Below are positions 1 to 8,899 of a DNA stretch of 32,000 bases, piece by piece; the first letter of the stretch is position 1; every line of letters starts with the position of its first letter. The notes under the pieces are model-generated. The model ran no database searches. It was not told the origin of the DNA and saw nothing but the letters and a program-made list of their open reading frames with translations. The stretch is from Methylophaga frappieri (lineage in GTDB: Bacteria; Pseudomonadota; Gammaproteobacteria; Nitrosococcales; Methylophagaceae). The stretch spans positions 1,890,001 to 1,922,000 of the forward strand of contig NC_017856.1 in NCBI RefSeq assembly GCF_000260965.1. The letters are read 5' to 3'. Position numbers and translations under genes: made by a program.

Positions 1-10
1 GCAGGCGCAT

Positions 11-54
11 TAAATAGTAAAGCTCCCGCCTGCCGGATTCGTCGGCAGGCGGGG
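11..54 (-). terminator. Rho-independent terminator: perfect 11-bp GC-rich stem (25-35 pairs with 43-53), 7-nt loop, T-rich tract on the minus strand
   Basis: CCCGCCTGCCG/CGGCAGGCGGG inverted repeat. On the minus strand it is followed by GCTTTACTATTT. It sits 9 nt after the stop codon of the TBDR remnant. Confidence 0.55.
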
Positions 55-62
55 TTATACGT

Positions 63-239
63 TTACCAGTTATAGGTTGCCGTCAGGTACGCCGAACGTT
101 CTACGCCATAAAAACAAGCATAGCTACACGTCGCATACTCCTTATCAAACAGGTTACTAATGTTTAATGTCAAATTCACATTTTCACGATGCGTCTGTAG
201 TCTTTGAATAACTCCAACATGATGAACTGTCAGCTTGCT
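63..239 (-). pseudogene. 3' remnant (58 codons plus stop) of a FhuA-like TonB-dependent receptor
   Basis: My translation: SKLTVHHVGVIQRLQTHRENVNLTLNISNLFDKEYATCSYACFYGVERSAYLTATYNW*. It has the NLFDxEY motif, a Cys-x4-Cys pair and a terminal aromatic residue, all typical of TBDR C-termini. The frame is closed upstream by an in-frame TGA at 240-242, and the piece is too short for the ORF track. Confidence 0.6.
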
Positions 240-252
240 TCAACACCGTCTA

Positions 253-2427
253 TTAAAAGTCATAGCGCAAACTCGCGGTCACATTTCTCGGTGCACCATA
301 CGCATACTGACTGTAAAAACCGATCTGACTGTAATATTTTTCATCAAACAGATTATTTACATTCAACTGGGCCTGCAGATCTGGCGTAATCTGATAGCGG
401 GCCATTAAATTTGCCAGAGCGTAACTTTCTTGCTTGAGTTTGTCTGGGTTACCCAAGGGGTTATTGGCAATTGTGTAATTGCTGCTTTCCCAGTTCACAC
501 CCGCACCAAAAGTCAAATTCTGAATCTGGTAGGTGGTATAAAGGGTTGCTGTACGACGTGGATAAGACGTATTGACTGTGTCACCGTTAGCATCTTCAGC
601 GCGAAATTGTGACCACCCCAATAAGACATTCCAGTTTTCAGTTAGTGCCCCCGCCAGTTCGATCTCAAAGCCTTTACTGGTTGCACCCTCGGCTGGAGTA
701 TAGGCTTGTTGATTAATTGAACCGGGCACCAGATTATTCGGATCAACTTGTCCCAGGTTGTCTTGTTCGATCCGGAAAACCGAGAAGCTCGCATTCAAAC
801 GGCCATCTAGATAAGCCGCTTTCAACCCTGCTTCGTAATTTTTGCCCTCGATAGGATCCAGGTAATCGCCATTTTTATCTTGCAAGTTTTGCGGATTAAA
901 AATATCGGTATAGCTGACATATGCTGAGTAAACATCGTTGAAGTCATAAATCAGACCCGCATAAGGCGTGACTTCATCACTATGCTCAAACTCGTACAGA
1001 CTGCCATTCCATTGCATGCCAGATATTTCCCAATCGGTAATACGGCTACCCAAAATCAAGGTCAGCGGATCCGCTAAAGATAAGCGCGATACGGCATAAA
1101 AACCCGTTTGCTCCGTATCCTGGCTAACATAGGTTGCTTTGGGACCCCATACAGGTTCCGGATAGCTGCCATCCCATTGGTAAAAGTTGCCAACCGGTGC
1201 TGGATTCGTTGCCGGACGGCGATCAGCAACAAAGTCCTGATCACTATGCATCATCCCGATAGTGACTTCATGCTCACGACCAAATAACGAAAAAGGCACA
1301 TTGCCATAAATATCAACGTTATCCTGTTCACGTTCAGTGTCATACCAGCTATTACTGGCTCGCAACCCTTCACCGGTAACGCGATCTGGTGAACCACTCA
1401 AATACAACAGCCGCAAGTCACCTTCATTGATACTTTTACTGTAGGCGGCGTAGATCGAGGCGCCTGATTCAAATACATGCTCGAGATTCGCATAATAATT
1501 TGTCACATCAGAGCCCCACTTGCTCCAATCCGCCGCAGTCGTTTTAGAACGATTCCAGTTTGTACGGCTGCCATCACTAAACCATGTTGGCAAACCACCC
1601 CACATTGAGCTGGTCGGATCATGTTTTTGATGACTGACACCAATATTCAATAAGGTTCGATCCGTCAGATCAAACCCCATTGTGCCAAAGAAAACTTGAC
1701 GCTCATCTTCGAGTAAATCTTCAAAAGAATGGCCTTGGCGATAGCTACCAACGAGACGACCCCGAATCGTGCCTGCTTCGTTTAATGGCGTCGAGATATC
1801 AACCGTTCCCTGATATTTATCCCACGAACCCGCTGACACGATCGCATGCCCCTGGAACTCACGACTATCTGCCCGTTTACGCACCAGATTAATCGCCGCC
1901 GAAGGGTTGCCGGCCCCCGTCATCAGACCCGTTGCCCCCCGCACGATTTCAACCCGATCGAAGATGGCCGTATCCGTTTGTGTTTCGCCAGCAGAATAAC
2001 CGCCTTCCCAGGTGGTTGGAACACCATCAATCATCAAATTTGTGATTGCAAAACCCCGTGCAGAGAAGCTTTGACGTGAACTGTCTAACATTTTTGAAGA
2101 CACGCCCGTTGCCGTTTTAACGACATCAGTAATAGTTTCCAGCTGGAAGTCATCTATCACCTGACGTGAAATAATGGTGACAGACTGCGGCGTTTCTCGA
2201 AGTGACAAACCCAAACGAGTCGCTGTATTGGTTCGGGCGGTAGTGTACTCACCTGTCGCTTCGCTACTGATAAACCCTGTGCCAGATACGCCCATCGTTG
2301 GCAAAGAAACTGTCTCAGAGGTAGTTGACGGATTCTGTTGATTATTTTGTGTGTCGACCTCGGCAAAAGCAGACTGAGCAATAAGTAAACTGATTGATGC
2401 GGCCAGAAAAGTCGGGTTAGAACGCAT
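253..2427 (-). CDS. TonB-dependent siderophore-type outer-membrane receptor
   Basis: Signal peptide MRSNPTFLAASISLLIAQSAFA, plug motifs (RETPQSVTII, RGF), a long beta-barrel, and C-terminal NNLFDEKYY...SLRYDF. I chose ATG 2427 (GGAG 6 nt upstream) rather than the GTG at 2439. Confidence 0.9.
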   Translation of the reverse strand: MRSNPTFLAASISLLIAQSAFAEVDTQNNQQNPSTTSETVSLPTMGVSGTGFISSEATGEYTTARTNTATRLGLSLRETPQSVTIISRQVIDDFQLETITDVVKTATGVSSKMLDSSRQSFSARGFAITNLMIDGVPTTWEGGYSAGETQTDTAIFDRVEIVRGATGLMTGAGNPSAAINLVRKRADSREFQGHAIVSAGSWDKYQGTVDISTPLNEAGTIRGRLVGSYRQGHSFEDLLEDERQVFFGTMGFDLTDRTLLNIGVSHQKHDPTSSMWGGLPTWFSDGSRTNWNRSKTTAADWSKWGSDVTNYYANLEHVFESGASIYAAYSKSINEGDLRLLYLSGSPDRVTGEGLRASNSWYDTEREQDNVDIYGNVPFSLFGREHEVTIGMMHSDQDFVADRRPATNPAPVGNFYQWDGSYPEPVWGPKATYVSQDTEQTGFYAVSRLSLADPLTLILGSRITDWEISGMQWNGSLYEFEHSDEVTPYAGLIYDFNDVYSAYVSYTDIFNPQNLQDKNGDYLDPIEGKNYEAGLKAAYLDGRLNASFSVFRIEQDNLGQVDPNNLVPGSINQQAYTPAEGATSKGFEIELAGALTENWNVLLGWSQFRAEDANGDTVNTSYPRRTATLYTTYQIQNLTFGAGVNWESSNYTIANNPLGNPDKLKQESYALANLMARYQITPDLQAQLNVNNLFDEKYYSQIGFYSQYAYGAPRNVTASLRYDF

Positions 2428-2487
2428 GCATAACTCCACGAAACGGTTAGAAGAGCAGGCATACTAGAGCAAAGAAAACTTGAATGC

Positions 2488-2508
2488 AAATAGGATTTAT
2501 TCTTATTA
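2488..2508. promoter_or_regulatory. Weak Fur-box-like AT-rich element upstream of the TBDR
   Basis: The reverse complement AATAAGAATAAATCCTATT matches about 11 of 19 positions of GATAATGATAATCATTATC by my hand alignment. Confidence 0.25.
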
Positions 2509-2530
2509 GCAAAAAGTTCCCGAGAAATTT

Positions 2531-2977
2531 TTATTCTGGCAAAACCCGTAATTTGGCGGCAATAAAATCCTGATGGGCAACATGCAATAAGCCTGCTATT
2601 CTGCGAATGACATGTTGCTCTACCGCTTCCACGACATCATCTGACGCAGCCATCGTCCAAAGCTGCTCAATTAACTGAATTTTTTCTGGCATCGTGTATT
2701 GTTCATTGATGTGTCGGGTAAAAGCAAAGTAATCCGTCGCTTGCGCATGCGCTGTAATGGCATCCTGCTGGAGTTGTTTGGCTTCGACATCAGTGAGATC
2801 AAACTGTGTTTTCAGTAGCTTTTGCAGGGTCGCCACCTCCTCCGGCTGCTGTTCGTCATCGGCTGCCATCACTTCCACCAACAGTGCAGCGACGGCAAGC
2901 TGACTATCCCCTTTTGATACTGGCGTGGTCAGCGCATTGTCTGAAAAATCCAAAATTTTCTTGAGGGCATCGAGCAT
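2531..2977 (-). CDS. TerB-family (tellurite-resistance TerB-like) protein
   Basis: 148 aa, all-helical, with paired acidic motifs (VEVMAADDEQQPEE ... MAASDDVVEAVEQ) typical of small TerB/COG4103-type proteins. Confidence 0.7.
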   Translation of the reverse strand: MLDALKKILDFSDNALTTPVSKGDSQLAVAALLVEVMAADDEQQPEEVATLQKLLKTQFDLTDVEAKQLQQDAITAHAQATDYFAFTRHINEQYTMPEKIQLIEQLWTMAASDDVVEAVEQHVIRRIAGLLHVAHQDFIAAKLRVLPE

Positions 2978-3054
2978 ATTTTTATCCGATAGGTTTGACT
3001 GTTGGCACCAGATTCGCTGACTTGCTCAAACACAAGTGCCTCCAAATTTATTGT

Positions 3055-4005
3055 TTATGACGGGCGTTGATTGTTTCCACTCACCGTGCGAAGTTTATTG
3101 ACTGCCAGCGATGCAGCCGCCGTCCGCGTTTCCACCCCCAGCTTGGTAAAAACATGCTCCATATGCTTATTAATCGTGCGGGGACTGGTACCTAGAATTT
3201 CACCAATACTTTTGTCTGTTTTGCCCAGAATCACCCAATGCAGGACTTCAGACTCCCGCTTAGTCAAGCTGAACAATGCCCGTAACGCTTCAATCTGCGC
3301 TGTTTCAGACTCTTCACGAAGTAAAATCAGCCACTGATCTTCACTTTGAAGATCTGCCGGATTAAAGATTAACCGCCCATTCGGGTTATTGATGATAAAT
3401 GATCTTAACCGCTGCTCGCCGCCCTGTTTTAGACTATCCAGCCACGTTTGAAGCTGTGCTGGCGTCTCTTGGTTGTTTAGCGCATCATCCGACGGACAAT
3501 AGGTGTTAATGAGCTGTCTGGCGAGCGGCGTCTGCCAGATGACTTTTCCTGTTTTGGGGTAAACGGCTATCGCCGCCTGACCGAAAGCATCCAAAGCGCC
3601 TTGGGTTTGGTTAATCAACCGGGAGTTTTTTAGGTGGGTGTTGATTCTTGCAATCACCTCAACCGGACTCAGCGGCTTAGTCACATAATCAATGCCGCCA
3701 GCAGAAAATCCGGAAACCACATGTTCCGACTCGGTCAGCCCGGTCATAAAAATCACTGGAATATGTCGGGTACTTAAATCTTGTTTCAGTGCGCGACACA
3801 CCTCAAACCCATCCATCCCCGGCATAAGGGCATCAAGCAAGACAATATCGGGTGACGCATTGCGGCTGATTTCCAATGCGGATTCACCATTATCCGCAAC
3901 CAGCACGGTATAACCGGACTCATCCAGCGCGTCGTGTAAAAATGCTAAGGTATCGGGCGTATCGTCAACGACAAGCACGACCGTATTCAACACAGATTCA
4001 GCCAT
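3055..4005 (-). CDS. Response regulator: REC domain, unknown ~120-aa middle domain, LuxR/GerE-type HTH
   Basis: REC motifs VLVVDD, DIVLLDALMPGMDG and KPL. C-terminal LTKRESEVLHWVILGKTDKSIGEILGTSPRTINKHMEHVFTKLGV. Its start overlaps the kinase stop by 8 nt (ATGGCTGA). Confidence 0.85.
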   Translation of the reverse strand: MAESVLNTVVLVVDDTPDTLAFLHDALDESGYTVLVADNGESALEISRNASPDIVLLDALMPGMDGFEVCRALKQDLSTRHIPVIFMTGLTESEHVVSGFSAGGIDYVTKPLSPVEVIARINTHLKNSRLINQTQGALDAFGQAAIAVYPKTGKVIWQTPLARQLINTYCPSDDALNNQETPAQLQTWLDSLKQGGEQRLRSFIINNPNGRLIFNPADLQSEDQWLILLREESETAQIEALRALFSLTKRESEVLHWVILGKTDKSIGEILGTSPRTINKHMEHVFTKLGVETRTAAASLAVNKLRTVSGNNQRPS

Positions 4006-7000
4006 TAGCTAATTTGGTTTCAATAAAGGTTTTGAGTTTACTCAGCTGCATGCGCGAAGCCATCTCACGTATTTCGGCAATAAACACCGCATCAGCCAGC
4101 TTGTCAGCTTCGATTTCGTCGATTAACTGACGAACACCAGCCAAATAACCGAGATTGAGTAACGATATCAGTTTTTCCATGATCTCACGAGGTGGTAAAA
4201 GCGATGATGAACGCTGAATTTCAGATTCTGCCTTGCTATCCGGCGTAATCCATTCTATGTTTAAGCGTTCACCAATCCAGTTGATTAACTCAATTAAATT
4301 AACGGGTTTAAGAATAAAATCCTTGGCGGTAATACCCGAACTATTTTCCAGATTTTTATCAAAAGCATTTGCCGAGATAATCCCAATAGTCACTGACGAT
4401 TTATGCACATTGCGGATTAAATGACAGGTCTCCCAGCCATCCATCTCCGGCATTGCTAAGTCCATAAAAATGATCTCAGGTTGAAACTCGGGATAAAGTT
4501 GCAAACATTCTGCACCTGATGCCGCCTCTTTCACCTCAAATCCCAGCGGAATCAGCACATTCAATAATAGCTCCCGATCAATCGGCTCATTATCAACAAC
4601 CAGAATTTTTCGGCGCGGCCCCTGATACCCCATTGGCATATGCGTGGCCAGCAATGGCAATGACTCTTCAACACGGACAGAAGGCAAGAACAAACGGATA
4701 GAAAACATCGTACCTTCGCCAACGACACTCTTAACGTGTAATACCCCACCCATAAGCTCTGTCAGTAATTTACTAATTGTCAGGCCCAAGCCTGTGCCAC
4801 CAATCCCTTGGGCACTGCTTCCACGAGCAAATGGTTCGAAGATATGCTCAAGTTCATTCGCCTTAATGCCCGGGCCAGTATCTTGTATTTCAATCGTTAA
4901 AAACTCACGAGCATGATTAAACCTTAACGAAATGCCCCCCTCACTGGTGTACTTGACCGCATTGCCAATGATGTTAATTAATATTTGACTGAGTCGTTTG
5001 TGGTCAGCACGCACCACGGCCGGCAAACCCGGGCTGATATCATAATCAAACTGTAAGCCTTTATTAATCGCTTGTAGTTCAAACATGCTGACAATTTGCT
5101 GAATATATTCCGGAAAACGCAGTGATTTGACGTCAAATTGCAATTTCCCGCTTTCAATCCTAGCGATATCCAATGTGCCTTCGATCAAAGACAAAAGGTG
5201 CTCGCCACTGCGTAAAATGACTTTAATGGCATTCTTTTGATCCGCTGGCACACTGCTCTTGTTATCCATCAACTGGGCATAGCCCAGAATACTGTTTAAC
5301 GGCGTTCGTAGTTCATGACTGATACCGGTGATATAACGACTTTTCGCTTCATTTGCCTGCTCCGCAGAAATACGCGCCTGTTGTAACTCCGCATCGGTTT
5401 GTTCATGCAAGCGAATTTCACGCTGCAATAATCGCGTTTGATGATTGGATTCTTGCTGCGCCACATTACGGCTTTGTGATGTCAAAATTAACCACCAGAC
5501 AATGATGCCACTAACCAGCACTAATGCAGCAAAAGCTTTAAAAAAGCCCACTCTAATTTCTGGCAAAATATGGGCAGCATTGGCTGTGGTCGTCAGCGAA
5601 ATATGCAGATAAATCAGACCAAATATTGCCCCCAGCAACAGCACCGTCATCCCCATTAACAGAATGTAATGACCAACGCCGTGTTGAATATAGCCCCAAA
5701 GTGATTTGGGCAATAGTCGCGTCATCCAGGCATACCATTGCGAGTCCAGTTTGGCATGCGGTTTACAGGCATCATTACAGCGTGCATCCAGACAACAGCA
5801 CAACGAACAAATAGGGCCTTGATAAGCTGGGCAATGGGCAATGTCATCAATTTCAAATTCACGCTCACAAATACTGCAAACAGCTCTGGTTATCCCTGTA
5901 CGAAACTGATGAGGCTCACGAGCCAGGTAATATTTCCCCTTGGTCCACCACGCAATTAATGGAGAACAAATTAAGGCGGCAAACATGGCGATAAATGAAG
6001 AAAAAGATTGCACTTCCAGGCCAAATACGCCGATAAATGCCAACACAGAAAGCACCGATGCAATGGCCATCGCGCCAACGCCAACCGGATTGATGTCGAA
6101 TAAGTAAGCACGTCTAAATTCAACCCCTTTAGGACTCAACCCAAGTGGCTTATTGATGACTAAATCTGCAACCACCGCCGTTATCCAGGAAATGGCAATA
6201 TTTGAATATAAACCGAGGATCTGTTCCAAAGCCTGAAACACATCGAATAACATCAGCATGGTAGCAATGACCACATTGAACAGCAGCCACACCACCCGCC
6301 CCGGATGGCTGTGCGTCAGCCGGGCAAAAAAGTTAGACCAAGCCAGCGAGCCGGCATAGGCATTGGTAATATTGATTTTGACCTGCGACAGCACCACAAA
6401 AAAGACTGTTACAGCCAACAGCACATCCGCATTATCAAAGACATAAGCAAAAGCAATGTGATACATATGCGTTGGATTAACGGCTTCTTCTACCGACCTT
6501 GTTGCGGTGATCGCAAGATAGGCAAGCAAGGCACCAGCAAACATTTTTATCATGCCGATAAAAATCCAGCCGGGTCCCGCCAAGATCACCCCTAAATGCC
6601 ACCGGAACCGGTTTTGGCTATTTTTTTCAGGCATAAACCGCAAGAAATCCACTTGTTCCCCAACTTGCGGAATCAGCGCCATGCCTATCGCAATGGCCGT
6701 TCCAAACATATAAATATTGAAGCCGGCGTCGTAGCCTGAACTGCCGGCAAAATGCATCAGTCCGCGTACCGTTTCAGGCTCTTTAGCAAAAATGAACACG
6801 AATGGCAGCATCATTAAAAACAACCAAACAGGCTGCGTAATCATTTGAATTCGACTGATGAGCGTCACCCCATGCGTGACAAGGGGAATAATCACAATGG
6901 CCGAAATCAGATACCAGACATAGATCGGCAGCTCGAAATACATGCTTAATGCATAGGCCATGATCACGGCTTCAAGCGCAAAGAGAATAAACGTGAAAGT

Positions 7001-7405
7001 GGCGTACACGAAGGACGAAATGGTTGATCCGATATAACCAAACCCGGCACCACGCGTCAGTAAGTCCATATCTAAGCCATATTTGGCTGCGTAATAACTG
7101 ATGGGCAGGCTGGTCAGGAAAATGATCAGGCTAATCGTCAGAATCGCCCAAAAAGCATTAAGAAAACCGAAGTTAACCGCCAGCGTACCGCCGATGACTT
7201 CCAGCACCAAAAAAGAAATAGCGCCTAAAGCCGTATTCGAGACACGAAAAATAGACCATTTTCTGAAAGCGTGGGGAGTAAAACGCAGGGCGTAGTCTTC
7301 CAGCGTTTCATTGGCGACCCACGTATTGTAATCACGGCGGATTTTGACAATACGCTGGGGCGCATTTTGGTCTGATGAATCCATCAACGCATCATTACTG
7401 CTCAA
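3998..7405 (-). CDS. Hybrid sensor histidine kinase/response regulator with an N-terminal 12-TM NCS1/purine-cytosine-permease-like domain
   Basis: Residues ~20-490 look like a permease (NETLEDYALRF..RKW motif, about 12 TM helices). A Cys-rich block spans 510-547 and two TM helices span ~578-643. H-box SHELRTPLN, HATPase GTGLGLTISK, and REC with FMDLAMPEMDG...KPV. The first codon is TTG at 7405 with AGGAA 5-6 nt upstream; the next in-frame ATG is 7384. Confidence 0.9.
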   Translation of the reverse strand: MSSNDALMDSSDQNAPQRIVKIRRDYNTWVANETLEDYALRFTPHAFRKWSIFRVSNTALGAISFLVLEVIGGTLAVNFGFLNAFWAILTISLIIFLTSLPISYYAAKYGLDMDLLTRGAGFGYIGSTISSFVYATFTFILFALEAVIMAYALSMYFELPIYVWYLISAIVIIPLVTHGVTLISRIQMITQPVWLFLMMLPFVFIFAKEPETVRGLMHFAGSSGYDAGFNIYMFGTAIAIGMALIPQVGEQVDFLRFMPEKNSQNRFRWHLGVILAGPGWIFIGMIKMFAGALLAYLAITATRSVEEAVNPTHMYHIAFAYVFDNADVLLAVTVFFVVLSQVKINITNAYAGSLAWSNFFARLTHSHPGRVVWLLFNVVIATMLMLFDVFQALEQILGLYSNIAISWITAVVADLVINKPLGLSPKGVEFRRAYLFDINPVGVGAMAIASVLSVLAFIGVFGLEVQSFSSFIAMFAALICSPLIAWWTKGKYYLAREPHQFRTGITRAVCSICEREFEIDDIAHCPAYQGPICSLCCCLDARCNDACKPHAKLDSQWYAWMTRLLPKSLWGYIQHGVGHYILLMGMTVLLLGAIFGLIYLHISLTTTANAAHILPEIRVGFFKAFAALVLVSGIIVWWLILTSQSRNVAQQESNHQTRLLQREIRLHEQTDAELQQARISAEQANEAKSRYITGISHELRTPLNSILGYAQLMDNKSSVPADQKNAIKVILRSGEHLLSLIEGTLDIARIESGKLQFDVKSLRFPEYIQQIVSMFELQAINKGLQFDYDISPGLPAVVRADHKRLSQILINIIGNAVKYTSEGGISLRFNHAREFLTIEIQDTGPGIKANELEHIFEPFARGSSAQGIGGTGLGLTISKLLTELMGGVLHVKSVVGEGTMFSIRLFLPSVRVEESLPLLATHMPMGYQGPRRKILVVDNEPIDRELLLNVLIPLGFEVKEAASGAECLQLYPEFQPEIIFMDLAMPEMDGWETCHLIRNVHKSSVTIGIISANAFDKNLENSSGITAKDFILKPVNLIELINWIGERLNIEWITPDSKAESEIQRSSSLLPPREIMEKLISLLNLGYLAGVRQLIDEIEADKLADAVFIAEIREMASRMQLSKLKTFIETKLANG

Positions 7406-7593
7406 CGTATTTCCTGACTGGTGTTGCCTGACAAACTAAGCGGATAATGCCAATATATCGTTATCATTTTTAGGTATCGACTCATAGTAACGCATGTCGC
7501 TATACCATTATCTACGCAATATAACGTATTGAACATCATTGCTCTGTTTTGCTAGCAATCGCATCGCTTTGTGCGCGGACAAGTCTGCTCTCT

Positions 7594-8202
7594 CTAACCC
7601 AACATTAAACCTTGCTTTTCAATAAAGGCAATAATGTTATCCAGACCCTGTTCTTTTTTCAGGTTACTAAACACAAAAGGACGCTCGCCTCGCATTCGTT
7701 TTGCATCACGGTCCATCACCTCCAGTGAGGCACCGACTAATGGCGCTAAATCTGTTTTATTAATAATCAATAAGTCTGATTTAGTAATACCTGGGCCTCC
7801 CTTACGGGGAATCTTTTCACCCGCAGACACATCAATCACATAAATAGTCAGATCAGAGAGTTCTGGACTAAACGTCGCCGCCAGATTGTCGCCACCGCTT
7901 TCGACAAAAACAATATCCAAGGGATCAAACCGCTGACTCAACTGAGCCACCGCCTCAAGATTCATCGAGGCATCTTCTCGAATCGCGGTATGCGGGCAGC
8001 CGCCTGTTTCCACACCAATAATACGATCTGCTGTTAAAGCTTCGTTACGTGTTAAAAACTCGGCATCTTCCTTGGTATAAATATCATTGGTTACCACAGC
8101 AATATTGTATTTGTCGCGCAAATGCTTACAGAGCGCTAATGTTAATGCGGTTTTACCAGACCCAACCGGGCCACCGATACCCACTCGCAATGGTTCTTTC
8201 AT
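7594..8202 (-). CDS. ureG: Urease accessory GTPase UreG
   Basis: P-loop [16 protein letters not shown] and NKTDL motifs. I chose ATG 8202 ([12 protein letters not shown]), which gives a typical length of about 202 aa. The ORF-track start at 8256 would overlap ureF by 35 nt. Confidence 0.93.
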   Translation of the reverse strand: MKEPLRVGIGGPVGSGKTALTLALCKHLRDKYNIAVVTNDIYTKEDAEFLTRNEALTADRIIGVETGGCPHTAIREDASMNLEAVAQLSQRFDPLDIVFVESGGDNLAATFSPELSDLTIYVIDVSAGEKIPRKGGPGITKSDLLIINKTDLAPLVGASLEVMDRDAKRMRGERPFVFSNLKKEQGLDNIIAFIEKQGLMLG

Positions 8203-8221
8203 TGTGGTGTCATCTCTCTTA

Positions 8222-8899
8222 TCAGGAACGGAATAATCTTGAATACTGCGTTTCATGCCGACAACCAGCGATACTTAACGCCGGACAAAAATTGTGAATC
8301 TCATCCTCCGGTAATTGCATGGCTTCGGTTATCAAGGTCGGGATGATCTGGCCAAGCTCAGACAAAATGCGCTGGCCGGCAACTTGTCCAAGTGGCACAG
8401 CCTTCATGATGGCGCTGACCTGGTTTTCTAAAAAAGACCAGGCATAAGCGTGCAGTGTGTGTTGCTGCGAAATAGCCCAATCATATGCGGTCAGGCTGAA
8501 AATCGTTGGAAATGCTGGTTGTTTGAGCTGTTTTGTTAATGCGCAAATGGGCGCCGGCCAGGTTGCCAGTTCATCTTGTAATCTTAATAAAGAATAGGCC
8601 ATTTGCTGAGTTTCCGCTAAGGCTTCACGACTGTCTCGACCCGCCTGATAAAAAGCATCCCAATATTGAATAGCTTCAAGGTTTTGATGTTGCCATGCTT
8701 GATATAACCTGAGTAACACCGGTAACTCAAAGTTGGCGTAATAAACTGATAAGACATCTTCTATCCATGTTGAAGCAGAACGGACATCTTTCACCACCGC
8801 CGTTTCAATCGCCCACTCCAGTCCTTGAGAATAGCTATATGCACCAACCGGCAGCATGGGACTGGCAAGCTGTAACAGTCGTGAAAGCGAAGCAGACAT
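8222..8899 (-). CDS. ureF: Urease accessory protein UreF
   Basis: [25 protein letters not shown] is a typical UreF N-terminus. The start overlaps the ureE stop (TAATG). Confidence 0.92.
   Translation of the reverse strand: MSASLSRLLQLASPMLPVGAYSYSQGLEWAIETAVVKDVRSASTWIEDVLSVYYANFELPVLLRLYQAWQHQNLEAIQYWDAFYQAGRDSREALAETQQMAYSLLRLQDELATWPAPICALTKQLKQPAFPTIFSLTAYDWAISQQHTLHAYAWSFLENQVSAIMKAVPLGQVAGQRILSELGQIIPTLITEAMQLPEDEIHNFCPALSIAGCRHETQYSRLFRS

Noticed and set aside
3003-3019. Sigma-54-like TGGCAC-N5-TCGC motif in the regulator-TerB spacer.
   Set aside because: It is on the plus strand and points antisense into the regulator gene, with no plus-strand gene to drive. The -12 element is imperfect. 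The minus-strand reading of the same spacer has no good GG-N10-GC match.
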